DNA of 64,000 bases from Candidatus Aminicenantes bacterium (GTDB lineage: Bacteria > Acidobacteriota > Aminicenantia > Aminicenantales > Saccharicenantaceae). Below are positions 1 through 8,744 of the stretch, piece after piece. The translations under genes and the position numbers were made by a program. The notes beneath the pieces are model-generated. The model was not told the DNA's origin, made no database searches, and worked only from the letters and a program-made list of their open reading frames with translations. The stretch spans positions 254,650-318,649 of the forward strand of contig CAVUOW010000005.1 of NCBI GenBank assembly GCA_963743205.1, given 5' to 3'. Every line of letters starts with the position of its first letter. The stretch's first letter is position 1.

Positions 1-538
1 CGAACGCGGGCTGGAGCTCCTCGGCGGGAACGAAGACATCGGCCCGCCGGGGAATGGCCGCGGCCATGGTCCGGGCGATCTCGTCCTTGGCCCCTCCCAT
101 CTCATCCAGGTGGTCGAGCCGGACGTTGGTCACGGCGAGCGTCTGCGGCCGCAGGATGCGCTCGGATTCGGCGGCCAGGCACTCGGCGCCGATGCTCATC
201 ATCTCGGCGACGAGGACTCCGGCCCCGGTGGAGGCGGCGAGCTCAACGAGCCGGACCTGCTCGCGCACCGAAGCCGGCCCGGACCGGATGATCTCCCGTT
301 CCGAGCCGTCCGGCAGGATCAGGACCGGTTTCGAGCCCGTCGTCTTGGCCAGGACTTTGGCGCCGGAGGCCCGCAAGCCGGCGGCGACAAGACGGGTGAC
401 CCCGGATTTGCCGCGCGTGCCGGTGACGGCGACGCGCCGCGGGACGCGCCGGAGCGCCCGGTCGAGCCGGACGCGCTCCGCGGCCAGATAGAAAAGGAAA
501 AGGCCCAGGCAGGCGGTGAGGACGAGAAGCTCGCGCAG
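1..538 (-). CDS. PgsB/CapB-like poly-gamma-glutamate synthase (Mur-ligase fold), N-terminal part; continues beyond window start
   Basis: Own minus-strand translation (absent from ORF track because there is no ATG/GTG/TTG): LRELLVLTACLGLFLFYLAAERVRLDRALRRVPRRVAVTGTRGKSGVTRLVAAGLRASGAKVLAKTTGSKPVLILPDGSEREIIRSG...VTNVRLDHLDEMG. N-terminal TM helix, GxRGKS P-loop and KTTG match the layout of B. subtilis PgsB. Only a CTG (536-538) is available as start. Confidence 0.6.
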   Translation of the reverse strand, partial: MRELLVLTACLGLFLFYLAAERVRLDRALRRVPRRVAVTGTRGKSGVTRLVAAGLRASGAKVLAKTTGSKPVLILPDGSEREIIRSGPASVREQVRLVELAASTGAGVLVAEMMSIGAECLAAESERILRPQTLAVTNVRLDHLDEMGGAKDEIARTMAAAIPRRADVFVPAEELQPAF

Positions 539-568
539 GGCCGGTCTCTCTGATCGTCGGCCGGACGG

Positions 569-1252
569 CTATTTGTTCTTGGCCAGGCCTTCGAGCGACT
601 GCTTGTAGGCCGCCTCGTCGACCAGGCCGAAGGTCACCTTCTTGTTGAAGGTCTCGAGCTCGCCCAGGTAGCGGTTGCCGGTGGTCTGGGTGGTCCTCCA
701 CTGGGAGGGTTGGACGAAGGCGAACGTATATTTGATGAAGTACTGGTCATAGGGATAGATCCAGATCTCGGCCCTGTTCGCCCCGACGTCCTCGCCGCTC
801 CGGCCGGCTGGGTCCGCGACCGTACCGGGCATGGGGGAGGCAAAGCTGACGTTCTGATCGTAATCGATGGAAGCGGGGGACCCGTTGAGAAGGTAGGTCC
901 GGCCGCGGTCCGTGTTCCACGGCTGCTTGCTGTTCTCTTTCCAGAAATTCTTGATGACGTAATCCAACCGGGCCTGGAACTTGGCCCGCGCCTCGGGGGT
1001 CCGGGCCGCCCAGAAGAGGTCCTGGAAGTTCTTCCGGCCTTCGATCGAAAGATCGCGGTAGAGCTTCCGCTCGAAATCCTGCATGATGATGTAGTGCTGG
1101 GTGTACCAGGCGTCCTTTTTCGGAATGGCGGCGGAGGCCCGCGCGGCGAACGTCAGGATCGAAAAAACGATCGCCCCAAGGGCGCACAGATCACGCCAGG
1201 TTCTGGATTTGTTCACTCCTGACCTCCACGTGCGAATGGCATTCCAATCCAA
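569..1252 (-). CDS. GWxTD domain-containing protein (signal-anchored)
   Basis: 227-aa ORF. N-terminal hydrophobic segment LCALGAIVFSILTFAARASA. Motif QPWNTDRGRTYLLNGSP matches the GWxTD-family core. A TTGACG-N17-TATACT promoter-like sequence lies just upstream on the minus strand. Confidence 0.7.
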   Translation of the reverse strand: MDWNAIRTWRSGVNKSRTWRDLCALGAIVFSILTFAARASAAIPKKDAWYTQHYIIMQDFERKLYRDLSIEGRKNFQDLFWAARTPEARAKFQARLDYVIKNFWKENSKQPWNTDRGRTYLLNGSPASIDYDQNVSFASPMPGTVADPAGRSGEDVGANRAEIWIYPYDQYFIKYTFAFVQPSQWRTTQTTGNRYLGELETFNKKVTFGLVDEAAYKQSLEGLAKNK

Positions 1253-1337
1253 GTATAGGCCCCATAATCAGGCCCGTCAACAAATCTCGTCCTGACGCCG
1301 GCCCTGCCCCATACCGGACCCCTCCAAATGGCCCGCC

Positions 1338-1353
1338 ATCCAATTATTTGGAT
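1338..1353. promoter_or_regulatory. Perfect 6-4-6 palindrome ATCCAA-TTAT-TTGGAT, candidate enhancer (UAS) for the downstream sigma54 promoter
   Basis: Read directly from the sequence. Lies about 90 nt upstream of the -24 element at 1436, a typical distance for bEBP binding sites. Confidence 0.35.
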
Positions 1354-1434
1354 AAGTCCAAAAAACCGGATGATAAAAGGCCTAGTTTGTAATGTAACTC
1401 ATTCATTTTAAATATAATAATAGTGACCACACCT

Positions 1435-1450
1435 TGGCATGATACTTGCT
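1435..1450 (+). promoter_or_regulatory. sigma54-type promoter (-24/-12)
   Basis: TGGCATGATACTTGCT versus consensus TGGCAC-N5-TTGCW. GG and GC have canonical spacing. Sits in an AT-rich intergenic region about 210 nt upstream of the TonB-receptor ATG. Confidence 0.6.
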
Positions 1451-1660
1451 TAAAAAGGACCTGATAATCATGTGCAACTATATTATCTTTTTAAGCGAGG
1501 AGGTGAGAGCAAGAGAAGGCGTATGCTTGAGGAATCTGGGGAGGGACGAGAACGGACCGTTCTTGTCCCGGGACGCCCGGCGGTCCCGCGGGCCAAAGGC
1601 CGGCGGACGGCGGGTGGCCATTGGGTTTGAGATTATCGATATCTAGGAGGACTTTTTTTC

Positions 1661-4600
1661 ATGAGTAAAAGAATTATCATCGCGATCCTCGCCTTATTCA
1701 TGGCCGGGGTCGCCTTTGCCCAGCTCGTCCCGACCTCCAAAATGGAAGGAAAGGTCGTGGACTCCACGGGCGCTCCGCTTCCCGGCGTTTCGATCGAAGC
1801 GACGAGCCCCCGGCTGGTCGGCAAGGCGACGGCGGTCACGGACGGCGACGGCAGCTACCGTCTGTTTTCGCTGCCTTCCGGCGTCTATGAGGTCACCTTC
1901 ACCCTTCAGGGTTTCAAGACCCTGATCCGGAAGGACATCATCGTTCAGCTGTCCCAGTCGATCACCCTGAACGCGACCCTCGAACAGGCCGCCCTCGAAG
2001 AGTCGGTCACGGTCGTCGGGATGAGCCCGCTGATCGACGTCAAGAGCACGGTCAAGAGCCAGACCATGACCAAGGAAGTGTTCATGAGCCTGCCCCGCAA
2101 CCGGAGCTTCGACGGCCTGATCAGCACGGTCCCCGGCGTCCAGTATGACAACCGCACGGGCGGCCTCTCGGTCGACGGCGCCACCGGCACCGAAAATATG
2201 TTCTACATGGACGGCGCGGACATCACCACGCCCCGCCTCGGCACCAACGGCCAGGGCGCGGTCATGGAGCTCGTCGACGAGGTCAAGGTCACGGCCTCGG
2301 GCTACAACGCCGAGTTCGGCGGCTCGATGGGCGGCGTCGTCAACGTCATCACCCGTTCGGGCGGCAACGCCTATCACGGCGACGTCAGCTTCTATTACAA
2401 CGACAACACCCAGCTCATGCAGGGCAAGGCCAGGAGTGATTTCCGCTGGAGCCCGACCAACCAAGCCGTCCCCGAGTACGTCAACAACGACGACCTGTAC
2501 TGGAATGGCGGTCGGTCGCGTGACGACTACAAGCGGTACGAAGCCGTCTTCACGCTCGGCGGCTACATCTTCAAGGACAAGCTGTGGTTCTTCGGCTCGT
2601 TCAACCCGATCTATGAGCGGACCTGGGGCGACCGGTTCTTCAACAGCGACCCCGGGGCCGCGGGTTCGAAGCCGATGTTCACCTTCTTCAACAAGAACCG
2701 CGGCTTCAACGGCCAGCTCAAGCTGACCGCCGCGCCCCTGAAGGGGCTGCGCGTATCGGCCAGCATGGTCGAAAACTGGTCCAACTACCGTGGCGCCATC
2801 CCCAGCATTCTGGGCTCGAGCGCCAAGAACTACGCCTACGGCAAGGAAGGATACGACTATCCGAACTGGAGCGCCGCCTTCCTGGCCGACTACAGCGCCA
2901 GCAACAACTTCCTGGTCAGCCTCCGCGGCGGCTACCACCAGCAGAACACGCTCCATCAGCAGATCGCCAACCGCTTCACGACCTATTACTTCAACCAAGA
3001 GAACACGATGTTCGGCCTCGGCGGCGTCAAGGAAGACGCCGCCTTTATCGCGGCCGGCGTGCCTCTGGCCATTGCCGGCGCCGTCAACTACGGCGGGTCC
3101 CGGACGATCAATGATCACGCGTTAGCCGAGAAGTACTCCGGCAACCTCGACCTGTCCTATTTCGTCAGCCTGGCCGGCGAACACGCGTGGAAGGCCGGTT
3201 TCCAGGTCATCCGCGACCATGAAGACTTCCTTACGGGCGGCCCCACCAGCCCCATGGTCAACGTCAGCTGGGACCAGAACTGCACGGCCCTCGAGGCCTA
3301 CGGCACCCCGGCCACCCGCGGCACCTACGGCTTCTATGACATCCGCGCCAGCTGGCGCCAGCCCTACGGCAATTCCTGGAACGTCCATCGGAATACTTAC
3401 GCCATGTATCTCCAGGATTCCTGGACGATCGGCGGCAAGCTGACCTTGAACGCCGGTCTCCGAACGGAGAGCGAGTACATCCCGACGTTCAATCCCGACG
3501 TTCCCGACCAGTTCAAGAAGCCCATCAACTTCGGCTTTGCCGACAAGCTGGCCCCCCGCCTCGGGGCGGTCTATGACGTCTTCGGCGATTCGTCGCTGAA
3601 GGTCTTCGGCAGCTACGGCATCTACTACGACGTCATGAAGCTGTACATGGCCGAAGGCGCGTTCGGCGGCTTCAAGTGGCAGACCGATTACTACACCCTC
3701 GACAATCCCGATTACCGGCTGATCGCCGCCAACGACCTGGTCAGCAACACCGAAGGCTCGGGAGCGACCGGTAATGCCGCCCTCAGCCAGGCGGCCGGCG
3801 GGACCTACCTCGGCACCATCGACTGGCGCATCCCCTCCTTCGACACGCTCCAGCCCGACATGAAGCCCGTCGCCCAGCGGGAAGTCTCCTTCGGCGCCGA
3901 GAAGAAGCTGTCGGAAGACCTCTCCGTCTCGGCCCGCGGCGTCTGGAAGCACCTGCTCCGGACGATCGAGGACATCGGCATCATCACCCCCCAGGGCGAA
4001 CAGTACTATGAAGGCAATCCCGGCAGCCCCTGGATCGTCAATCTCTTCGAAACCCTTCAGAATCAGCCGACCGGCCTCACCTACTGGCCCCAGCCGAAGG
4101 CCACCCGCAACTACTACGGCTTGAACGTCTCCCTCGAGAAGCGGTTCAGCCACAATTGGCAGGGCGCCATCAACTACACCCTGAGCTTGACCAAGGGCAA
4201 CTACGGCGGCCTCTCCAGCACGGACGAATTCGGCCGCAATTCCCCGAACGTCGAGCGCTCGTTCGACCTCTGGTTCATGATGTACCAGATGGACGGCACG
4301 GCGATCAACGGCCGGTTGCCCCAGGACCGGACGCATTACATCAAGGCCTATGGTTCCTACACGTTCCCCATCGGCCTGACCCTCGGCTTCGCCGCCTACG
4401 GACGCAGCGGGAACCCCATCTCCACCCAGCTGGGCTTCAACAACAGCTACATCTACCCGCTCGGCTACGGTGATCTGGGCGACCTGCCGTTCACCGCATG
4501 GGCCGACGTCTACGCTGAATGGGCCCTCAAGATCGGCGGCCGTAACACGCTCGCCTTCAACGCCCAGCTCAGCAACGTCACCAACACCAAGACCTTCCAG

Positions 4601-4876
4601 CAGGCTCGGTACGCCCCCACCCGGGACTCGATGAACATCCCCGACGCGCTCCTGCTCGACGGCACCGCCGTCGACCCCAACACCCTGCTCTTTGACACCG
4701 TCACCATCGGCGGAGTGGTGACGAACCGCACCTACTACTGGAAGGACCGCATGGCCTTCTACCGGCCAGACGTTTCCTTCGTCGGATCCGAAACCGCTCA
4801 GTCCACTCTGCAGAAGGGCCTCGTTAGCCCCTTCGGCACCTGGACGGTCCGGTTCGGCGCCCGGTTCTCCTTCTAA
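1661..4876 (+). CDS. TonB-dependent receptor with N-terminal carboxypeptidase-regulatory-like domain
   Basis: 1071-aa ORF. RBS AGGAGG before the ATG and signal peptide ending AFAQ. N-terminus EGKVVDSTGAPLPGVSIEATS...DGDGSYRLFSLPSGVYEVTFTLQGF is typical of CarboxypepD_reg. Plug-like region follows; C-terminal beta-barrel ends in ...RFGARFSF. Confidence 0.9.
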   Translation: MSKRIIIAILALFMAGVAFAQLVPTSKMEGKVVDSTGAPLPGVSIEATSPRLVGKATAVTDGDGSYRLFSLPSGVYEVTFTLQGFKTLIRKDIIVQLSQSITLNATLEQAALEESVTVVGMSPLIDVKSTVKSQTMTKEVFMSLPRNRSFDGLISTVPGVQYDNRTGGLSVDGATGTENMFYMDGADITTPRLGTNGQGAVMELVDEVKVTASGYNAEFGGSMGGVVNVITRSGGNAYHGDVSFYYNDNTQLMQGKARSDFRWSPTNQAVPEYVNNDDLYWNGGRSRDDYKRYEAVFTLGGYIFKDKLWFFGSFNPIYERTWGDRFFNSDPGAAGSKPMFTFFNKNRGFNGQLKLTAAPLKGLRVSASMVENWSNYRGAIPSILGSSAKNYAYGKEGYDYPNWSAAFLADYSASNNFLVSLRGGYHQQNTLHQQIANRFTTYYFNQENTMFGLGGVKEDAAFIAAGVPLAIAGAVNYGGSRTINDHALAEKYSGNLDLSYFVSLAGEHAWKAGFQVIRDHEDFLTGGPTSPMVNVSWDQNCTALEAYGTPATRGTYGFYDIRASWRQPYGNSWNVHRNTYAMYLQDSWTIGGKLTLNAGLRTESEYIPTFNPDVPDQFKKPINFGFADKLAPRLGAVYDVFGDSSLKVFGSYGIYYDVMKLYMAEGAFGGFKWQTDYYTLDNPDYRLIAANDLVSNTEGSGATGNAALSQAAGGTYLGTIDWRIPSFDTLQPDMKPVAQREVSFGAEKKLSEDLSVSARGVWKHLLRTIEDIGIITPQGEQYYEGNPGSPWIVNLFETLQNQPTGLTYWPQPKATRNYYGLNVSLEKRFSHNWQGAINYTLSLTKGNYGGLSSTDEFGRNSPNVERSFDLWFMMYQMDGTAINGRLPQDRTHYIKAYGSYTFPIGLTLGFAAYGRSGNPISTQLGFNNSYIYPLGYGDLGDLPFTAWADVYAEWALKIGGRNTLAFNAQLSNVTNTKTFQQARYAPTRDSMNIPDALLLDGTAVDPNTLLFDTVTIGGVVTNRTYYWKDRMAFYRPDVSFVGSETAQSTLQKGLVSPFGTWTVRFGARFSF

Positions 4877-4910
4877 GCAGAAAGCAGAAGCAGCACACGC
4901 AGAAGCTCAA

Positions 4911-4944
4911 GCCCGCCCCCCCGACGGGGGGGCGGGCTTTTTTT
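4911..4944 (+). terminator. Rho-independent terminator
   Basis: GCCCGCCCCCC-cgac-GGGGGGCGGGC hairpin followed by a T7 run, 35 nt after the receptor stop. Confidence 0.85.
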
Positions 4945-5087
4945 ATGGGTCCCGACCTTCCGCCGATTGGTCTTGCAAAACCGGCCCCGAAACCTCATAA
5001 TAGATTATGCGCATCCGATTCAAGCGCGGCGGGACAGGAGAGGGGTGCCGGCAGAGGCGCCTGACAGGCCCGCCACAGGAGGTATTG

Positions 5088-6053
5088 ATGGATCATCGGC
5101 TGAAATCGAAGCTCGCGGCTGGCGCCGCGATCGTTTTCCTCTTGGCCGGACTGGCCATGGCCCAGGCCGGACGGGGCACGGCCCGCATGATCGGGATCGT
5201 CCTGGATCCGGGCGGCAACCCCGTCCCGGAGGCCAAAGTGACCGCGGTCTTCACCCAGGCCGGCGGCACCTCCTTCGAGACGACGACCGACAAGAAGGGG
5301 GAGTTCGTCTTCATGGGCGTCGGCACCGGCAATTGGGATGTCACGGTCAATGCCAAGGGCTACCTGCCCGTCACGGCACGCGTTTACACCTCTCAGCTCA
5401 ACAAGAACCCCAAGGCCACCATCAAGCTGGAAAAGAAGGCCGAAGGGACGGGCATCGTCCAGGACGAGTCCACTTTCCAGACCCTCGAAGAGGGCAACGC
5501 TTTCTTCAAGGACGGCAAGTACGACACCGCCCTGTTGATGTACGAGGAGTTCCTGGCCAAGAACGCCGGAGCCTACCAGGTCCTCCTGAACATCGGGGAC
5601 TGCTACCGCGAGAAGGGCGAGTACGACAAGGCCATCGAGAACTACAACAAGCTGATCGAACAGGCCGGCACGGACTCGACCATGGGCAAGACCATGGGGG
5701 CCAAAGGCCTAGCGGCCATCGGCCTGTGCTATCTGAAGCAGAACAAGCTCGTCGAATCCCAAGATTACTTCAAGAAGTCGATCGAGATGGCGCCCCAGGA
5801 CGAGAACCTGCCCTATAACGTCGCCGAGATCTACTTCTCGAACTCGCAGATCGACGATGCCATCCGCTACTTCGAGATGGCCATCCAGATCAAGCCCGAC
5901 TGGCCCGATCCGTACTTCCGGGTGGCTTACGCCTACCTAAACAAGGGCGATACCGCCAAGGCCGCCGAGAACTTGGAGAAGTTCATCAAGCTCGAGCCGG
6001 AAACGGAACGGACGGCCCAAGCCAAGTCCATCCTCGAAGCCATCAAGAAGTAG
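5088..6053 (+). CDS. Secreted TPR-repeat protein with carboxypeptidase-regulatory-like N-domain
   Basis: ORF track gives 5007; I prefer the ATG at 5088 (GGAGG RBS; signal peptide MDHRLKSKLAAGAAIVFLLAGLAMAQA). GIVLDPGGNPVPEAKVT...KKGEFVFMGVGTGNWDVTVNAKGY, followed by several TPR-like A/Y/L repeats. Confidence 0.8.
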   Translation: MDHRLKSKLAAGAAIVFLLAGLAMAQAGRGTARMIGIVLDPGGNPVPEAKVTAVFTQAGGTSFETTTDKKGEFVFMGVGTGNWDVTVNAKGYLPVTARVYTSQLNKNPKATIKLEKKAEGTGIVQDESTFQTLEEGNAFFKDGKYDTALLMYEEFLAKNAGAYQVLLNIGDCYREKGEYDKAIENYNKLIEQAGTDSTMGKTMGAKGLAAIGLCYLKQNKLVESQDYFKKSIEMAPQDENLPYNVAEIYFSNSQIDDAIRYFEMAIQIKPDWPDPYFRVAYAYLNKGDTAKAAENLEKFIKLEPETERTAQAKSILEAIKK

Positions 6054-6057
6054 TTCT

Positions 6058-7140
6058 TTACAGCCGCCAAAGATACGAGGCCTTGAAGAACAGGCCCCGC
6101 TTCATCTCCAGGAAACGCGGGGCGTCCCGGTAGGCGCCATCGATCCATTCGGTGCGGTCGAAGAGCGATCCGTAGCCGAGCTGGATGACCGTCCCGGGGA
6201 TATATGTAAAGGACGCCAGCAGGTCCATCAGCATTTCTCTGCGGAAGGCGTTGTACTCGACGATGCCGCGGACAAAGAGATACTTGTTCATCTGGTAGGT
6301 CAGCCGGCCTCGCCAGATGGCATAATCGTATTCCTTCTCCCCCGTCGAAAGGCGCGTGAAGTCGGCGTAGGTCAGGCTGGCCGTGAGGTCGAAGCGCTCC
6401 GAGGGTTTGTAGATAACGCTTCCGGTGAACGTATTGCCTCGGCCCTGGTAGGGATCGGCGACATAACGAATGGCATTGCCCCGGAAATATTGACCGCGGA
6501 GATAGAGCTCCTTCGTGACCTGGCTCTGGCTCCCGATAAAGGCGCCGCTCGTATCGAACCGCCGGCCGAGGAAGACCTCCGTCGAATAGCGGGCGAGGAT
6601 TGACGCAGTCGTGAACCCGGGGAGGAGGACGACGACGCCGAGCGCGTCATTCGTCTCGAAGAGACCGCTCGGCAAGTCCTTGACGAGGGCGGCAGAGAGG
6701 GTGGGAACGATCTTCCGGAAAAAGCGGCTCTTCGGATAGAGCCTCGGAGAGCCGAAGGCCTCAAGGCCGGTCACCCCCCGACGGGTCAGGTAGCCGGTTT
6801 CGGTCTGGAAATTTTCGGATATGCTGTAAAATGAGATATTTATGCCAAGATCCCGAGTGTCGTAAAGATAGTCCGCGCCAAGGGCCAGCCCCGCGGCCGC
6901 GGCGGGATCGGTGCCGCGCCGAGTCCGGGAGCCGAAGCCGTGAAAGCTCAGCTGGCTGGCTTTCGTCAGCCGCAGCTGGCCGTCGGCGCCGGCCACCTCG
7001 TTCGAGCCGGCGCCGTACTCCCGGCCTGTGTAAAAAGCCCCTAGATAGCCGTCGCTCGCCACGGCCCGCTTATAGCGAAGGACGGCGAACCCGGCATACT
7101 TGCCGGCCCCGGGCTGGCGGACCGCTCGAAGGCGACTCAT
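6058..7140 (-). CDS. DUF5916 / CBM9-like outer-membrane-type protein, C-terminal fragment (same gene as 7070..8233, frameshifted)
   Basis: GKYAGFAVLRYKRAV...beta-strand-rich C-terminus ending FFKASYLWRL. Continues the upstream fragment after a 1-nt shift in the CCCC/GGG run at 7107-7113. Confidence 0.7.
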   Translation of the reverse strand: MSRLRAVRQPGAGKYAGFAVLRYKRAVASDGYLGAFYTGREYGAGSNEVAGADGQLRLTKASQLSFHGFGSRTRRGTDPAAAAGLALGADYLYDTRDLGINISFYSISENFQTETGYLTRRGVTGLEAFGSPRLYPKSRFFRKIVPTLSAALVKDLPSGLFETNDALGVVVLLPGFTTASILARYSTEVFLGRRFDTSGAFIGSQSQVTKELYLRGQYFRGNAIRYVADPYQGRGNTFTGSVIYKPSERFDLTASLTYADFTRLSTGEKEYDYAIWRGRLTYQMNKYLFVRGIVEYNAFRREMLMDLLASFTYIPGTVIQLGYGSLFDRTEWIDGAYRDAPRFLEMKRGLFFKASYLWRL

Positions 7141-8233
7141 CCAGGGCGAAGATGGAGGCCAGGGTGTCCCTCTTCCCGACCTTGCCCGAGAGCTTGAAGC
7201 CGACCCGGGGGTCGACGATCGTCCGGGTGTGGACGACGGCCTCGAGGGGATCCACCCCCGAGGTCCCGGCCAGCTGGAACATCTCGCTCCCCTCGAGGAA
7301 GAAAGGCCTCTTTTCGGGGAAGAAGAGATCGTAGCGGAGGTTGACGTCGACCTGGCCGGCGTCCGCTTCGACCTGGCTGAAGTCCGGGTTATAGGTCCCG
7401 TCGAGGATGAGCTGCGAGGTGATGCTGAGCTTGCCCGTCAAATGGCCGTCGTGGACCCCGGCCCGGCCGGCCAGCGCTCCGTCCACCCGTTCCGCGCCGT
7501 CCTGATAAGTGTAGGCCGGCAGGAGCTCGAGCAGGGTATACTGTTTGATATCCTCGAGCTCGAGCGGCATCATCTGGGTCAGGAAGGCGTAGCCCCGGGC
7601 CGGGTCGAGGGCCGGATAGGACGAGTGCTCCGACCGGCGCGAGATGCAACGCTCGAAGAAGATGGACATCTCGACACGGGTCTTGCCGGCATAACGGAGG
7701 CTCTTGAAGGGCACGGCCAGCTCGACGCTGTAGCCGTCGGGTTCGAGCCGCCCCGCGCTCGTCCAGACGAGGTCGACGCTGAAATCCTCGTTGCCGCTGG
7801 CGTAGCGGCTGTCGGTCTGGATGCCCAGAGGATTGACGTAGAACGCGTATAGGGACTGGCGGTCGTTGAAGCTGTCGAGGTTGATGCAGATAAAATCGTC
7901 GGACCGGATGGTGTCCCGGGCGGCGATCGCGGCCTTGATCTTGTCCGGCTCCCGGTCATAGCACTTGAAGGCGAAATAGAGGTTTTCGGCGTCGTAGGCC
8001 ATGAAGGCCACCGTCCGCTCGCTGGCCTCCCGGCCGAAATCGGGGATGAACGTCCGTTCCAGGGCGACGGACGGGGTCTCGCGCCAGACAGCGTCATCGA
8101 GCCGGCCGTCGATCGCGGGCGGCGTGCCGGTTTTGAGCGGCCGGAAGAAGGCCTCCCCCCAGACGGACGCGGGCGCCAGGGCGGCGAAAAGCGCCGCGCC
8201 TGCCAGCGCGCCGATCGTACGTTGAAAGGTCAT
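7070..8233 (-). CDS. DUF5916 / carbohydrate-binding-family-9-like protein, N-terminal fragment
   Basis: Signal peptide, then PPAIDGRLDDAVWRE...AENLYFAFKCYD...DDFICINLDSFNDRQSLYAFYVNPLGIQTD...NPDFSQVEADAGQVDVNLRYDLFFPEKRPFFLEG, typical of this family. The frame is lost after ...LASIFALDESP. Confidence 0.75.
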   Translation of the reverse strand: MTFQRTIGALAGAALFAALAPASVWGEAFFRPLKTGTPPAIDGRLDDAVWRETPSVALERTFIPDFGREASERTVAFMAYDAENLYFAFKCYDREPDKIKAAIAARDTIRSDDFICINLDSFNDRQSLYAFYVNPLGIQTDSRYASGNEDFSVDLVWTSAGRLEPDGYSVELAVPFKSLRYAGKTRVEMSIFFERCISRRSEHSSYPALDPARGYAFLTQMMPLELEDIKQYTLLELLPAYTYQDGAERVDGALAGRAGVHDGHLTGKLSITSQLILDGTYNPDFSQVEADAGQVDVNLRYDLFFPEKRPFFLEGSEMFQLAGTSGVDPLEAVVHTRTIVDPRVGFKLSGKVGKRDTLASIFALDESPSSGPPARGRQVCRVRRPSL

Positions 8234-8299
8234 CGGCTCACTTTAGGGGAATCGCATCCCCGAGTCAACGCCCTTGGATTCTGTTATAATGACCAAGTT

Positions 8300-8744
8300 A
8301 TGCATCGCCGAATCGCGGCGGTTGCCGCCCTGCTCGCGTCTTTGATCCTGGCGCCCGATTGCTCGTCGAAGGTCTCGGCCGACGGCTCGGGCAAGAACCT
8401 CCTCGTCATCACCCTCGACACGACCCGCGCCGACGCCATCGGGCTCTACGGGAACACCCATGGCGTTTCCCCCCGGATCGACGAGCTCGGACGGACAGGA
8501 CTCGTCTTCGAGGCGTGTTACACCCCCGCCCCCCTGACCCTGCCGGCCCACTGCTCGCTCTTCACCGGAAGATACCCGGTCGCGCAGCTCGATCCCGGCC
8601 TGTTCGACGCCTACATCAACATCTCCGTCGCCTTGCGGGGGCAGGGCCGCTATGCCGAGGCCTTGAAGTATCTCAAACGCCCTCAAGGATGGCGGCTCGC
8701 GCGAATGTCCGGATGCGGCTTCGATCACAGGAGGGACAGGATGA
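8300..8744 (+). pseudogene. Remnant of a sulfatase-TPR gene (about 95 aa of sulfatase N-terminus joined directly to a terminal TPR)
   Basis: MHRRIAAVAALLASLILAPDCS...NLLVITLDTTRADAIGLYGN...LTLPAHCSLFTGRYPV, then abruptly AQLDPGLFDAYINISVALRGQGRYAEALKYLK. There is no stop in this frame before the next gene. A +1 frame would end at a TGA overlapping the ATG at 8741. An extended -10 (TGTTATAAT, 8282-8290) lies upstream. Confidence 0.5.

Noticed and set aside
1446-1646. 66-aa ORF inside the receptor leader. Also the 101-aa ORF 34889..35194(-) in the pyrB-CheY spacer.
   Set aside because: No RBS, odd composition, and both span predicted hairpins and promoters. Treated as non-coding.
1451-1660. 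Cobalamin (or other known) riboswitch in the TonB-receptor leader.
   Set aside because: I could not find a B12-box-like sequence or other signature of a riboswitch class I know. Only generic hairpins are present, so it is kept as an unclassified structured leader.
1694-3118. 474-aa minus-strand ORF antisense to the TonB-receptor gene. Similar very long ORFs: 21420..24233(-), 24822..25706(-), 56513..59527(-), 59191..62265(+), 9756..11546(+), 11620..13497(+), 35721..37322(+), 40286..41743(+).
   Set aside because: High-GC antisense or off-frame shadows. They are Arg/Gly/Ala/Pro/Asp-rich low-complexity translations with no motifs, and each fully overlaps a gene with clear family signatures on the other strand or frame.
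4877-4910. GCAGAA-type short tandem-like repeats after the receptor stop.
   Set aside because: Only three or four imperfect hexamers lying immediately before the terminator. Likely incidental.
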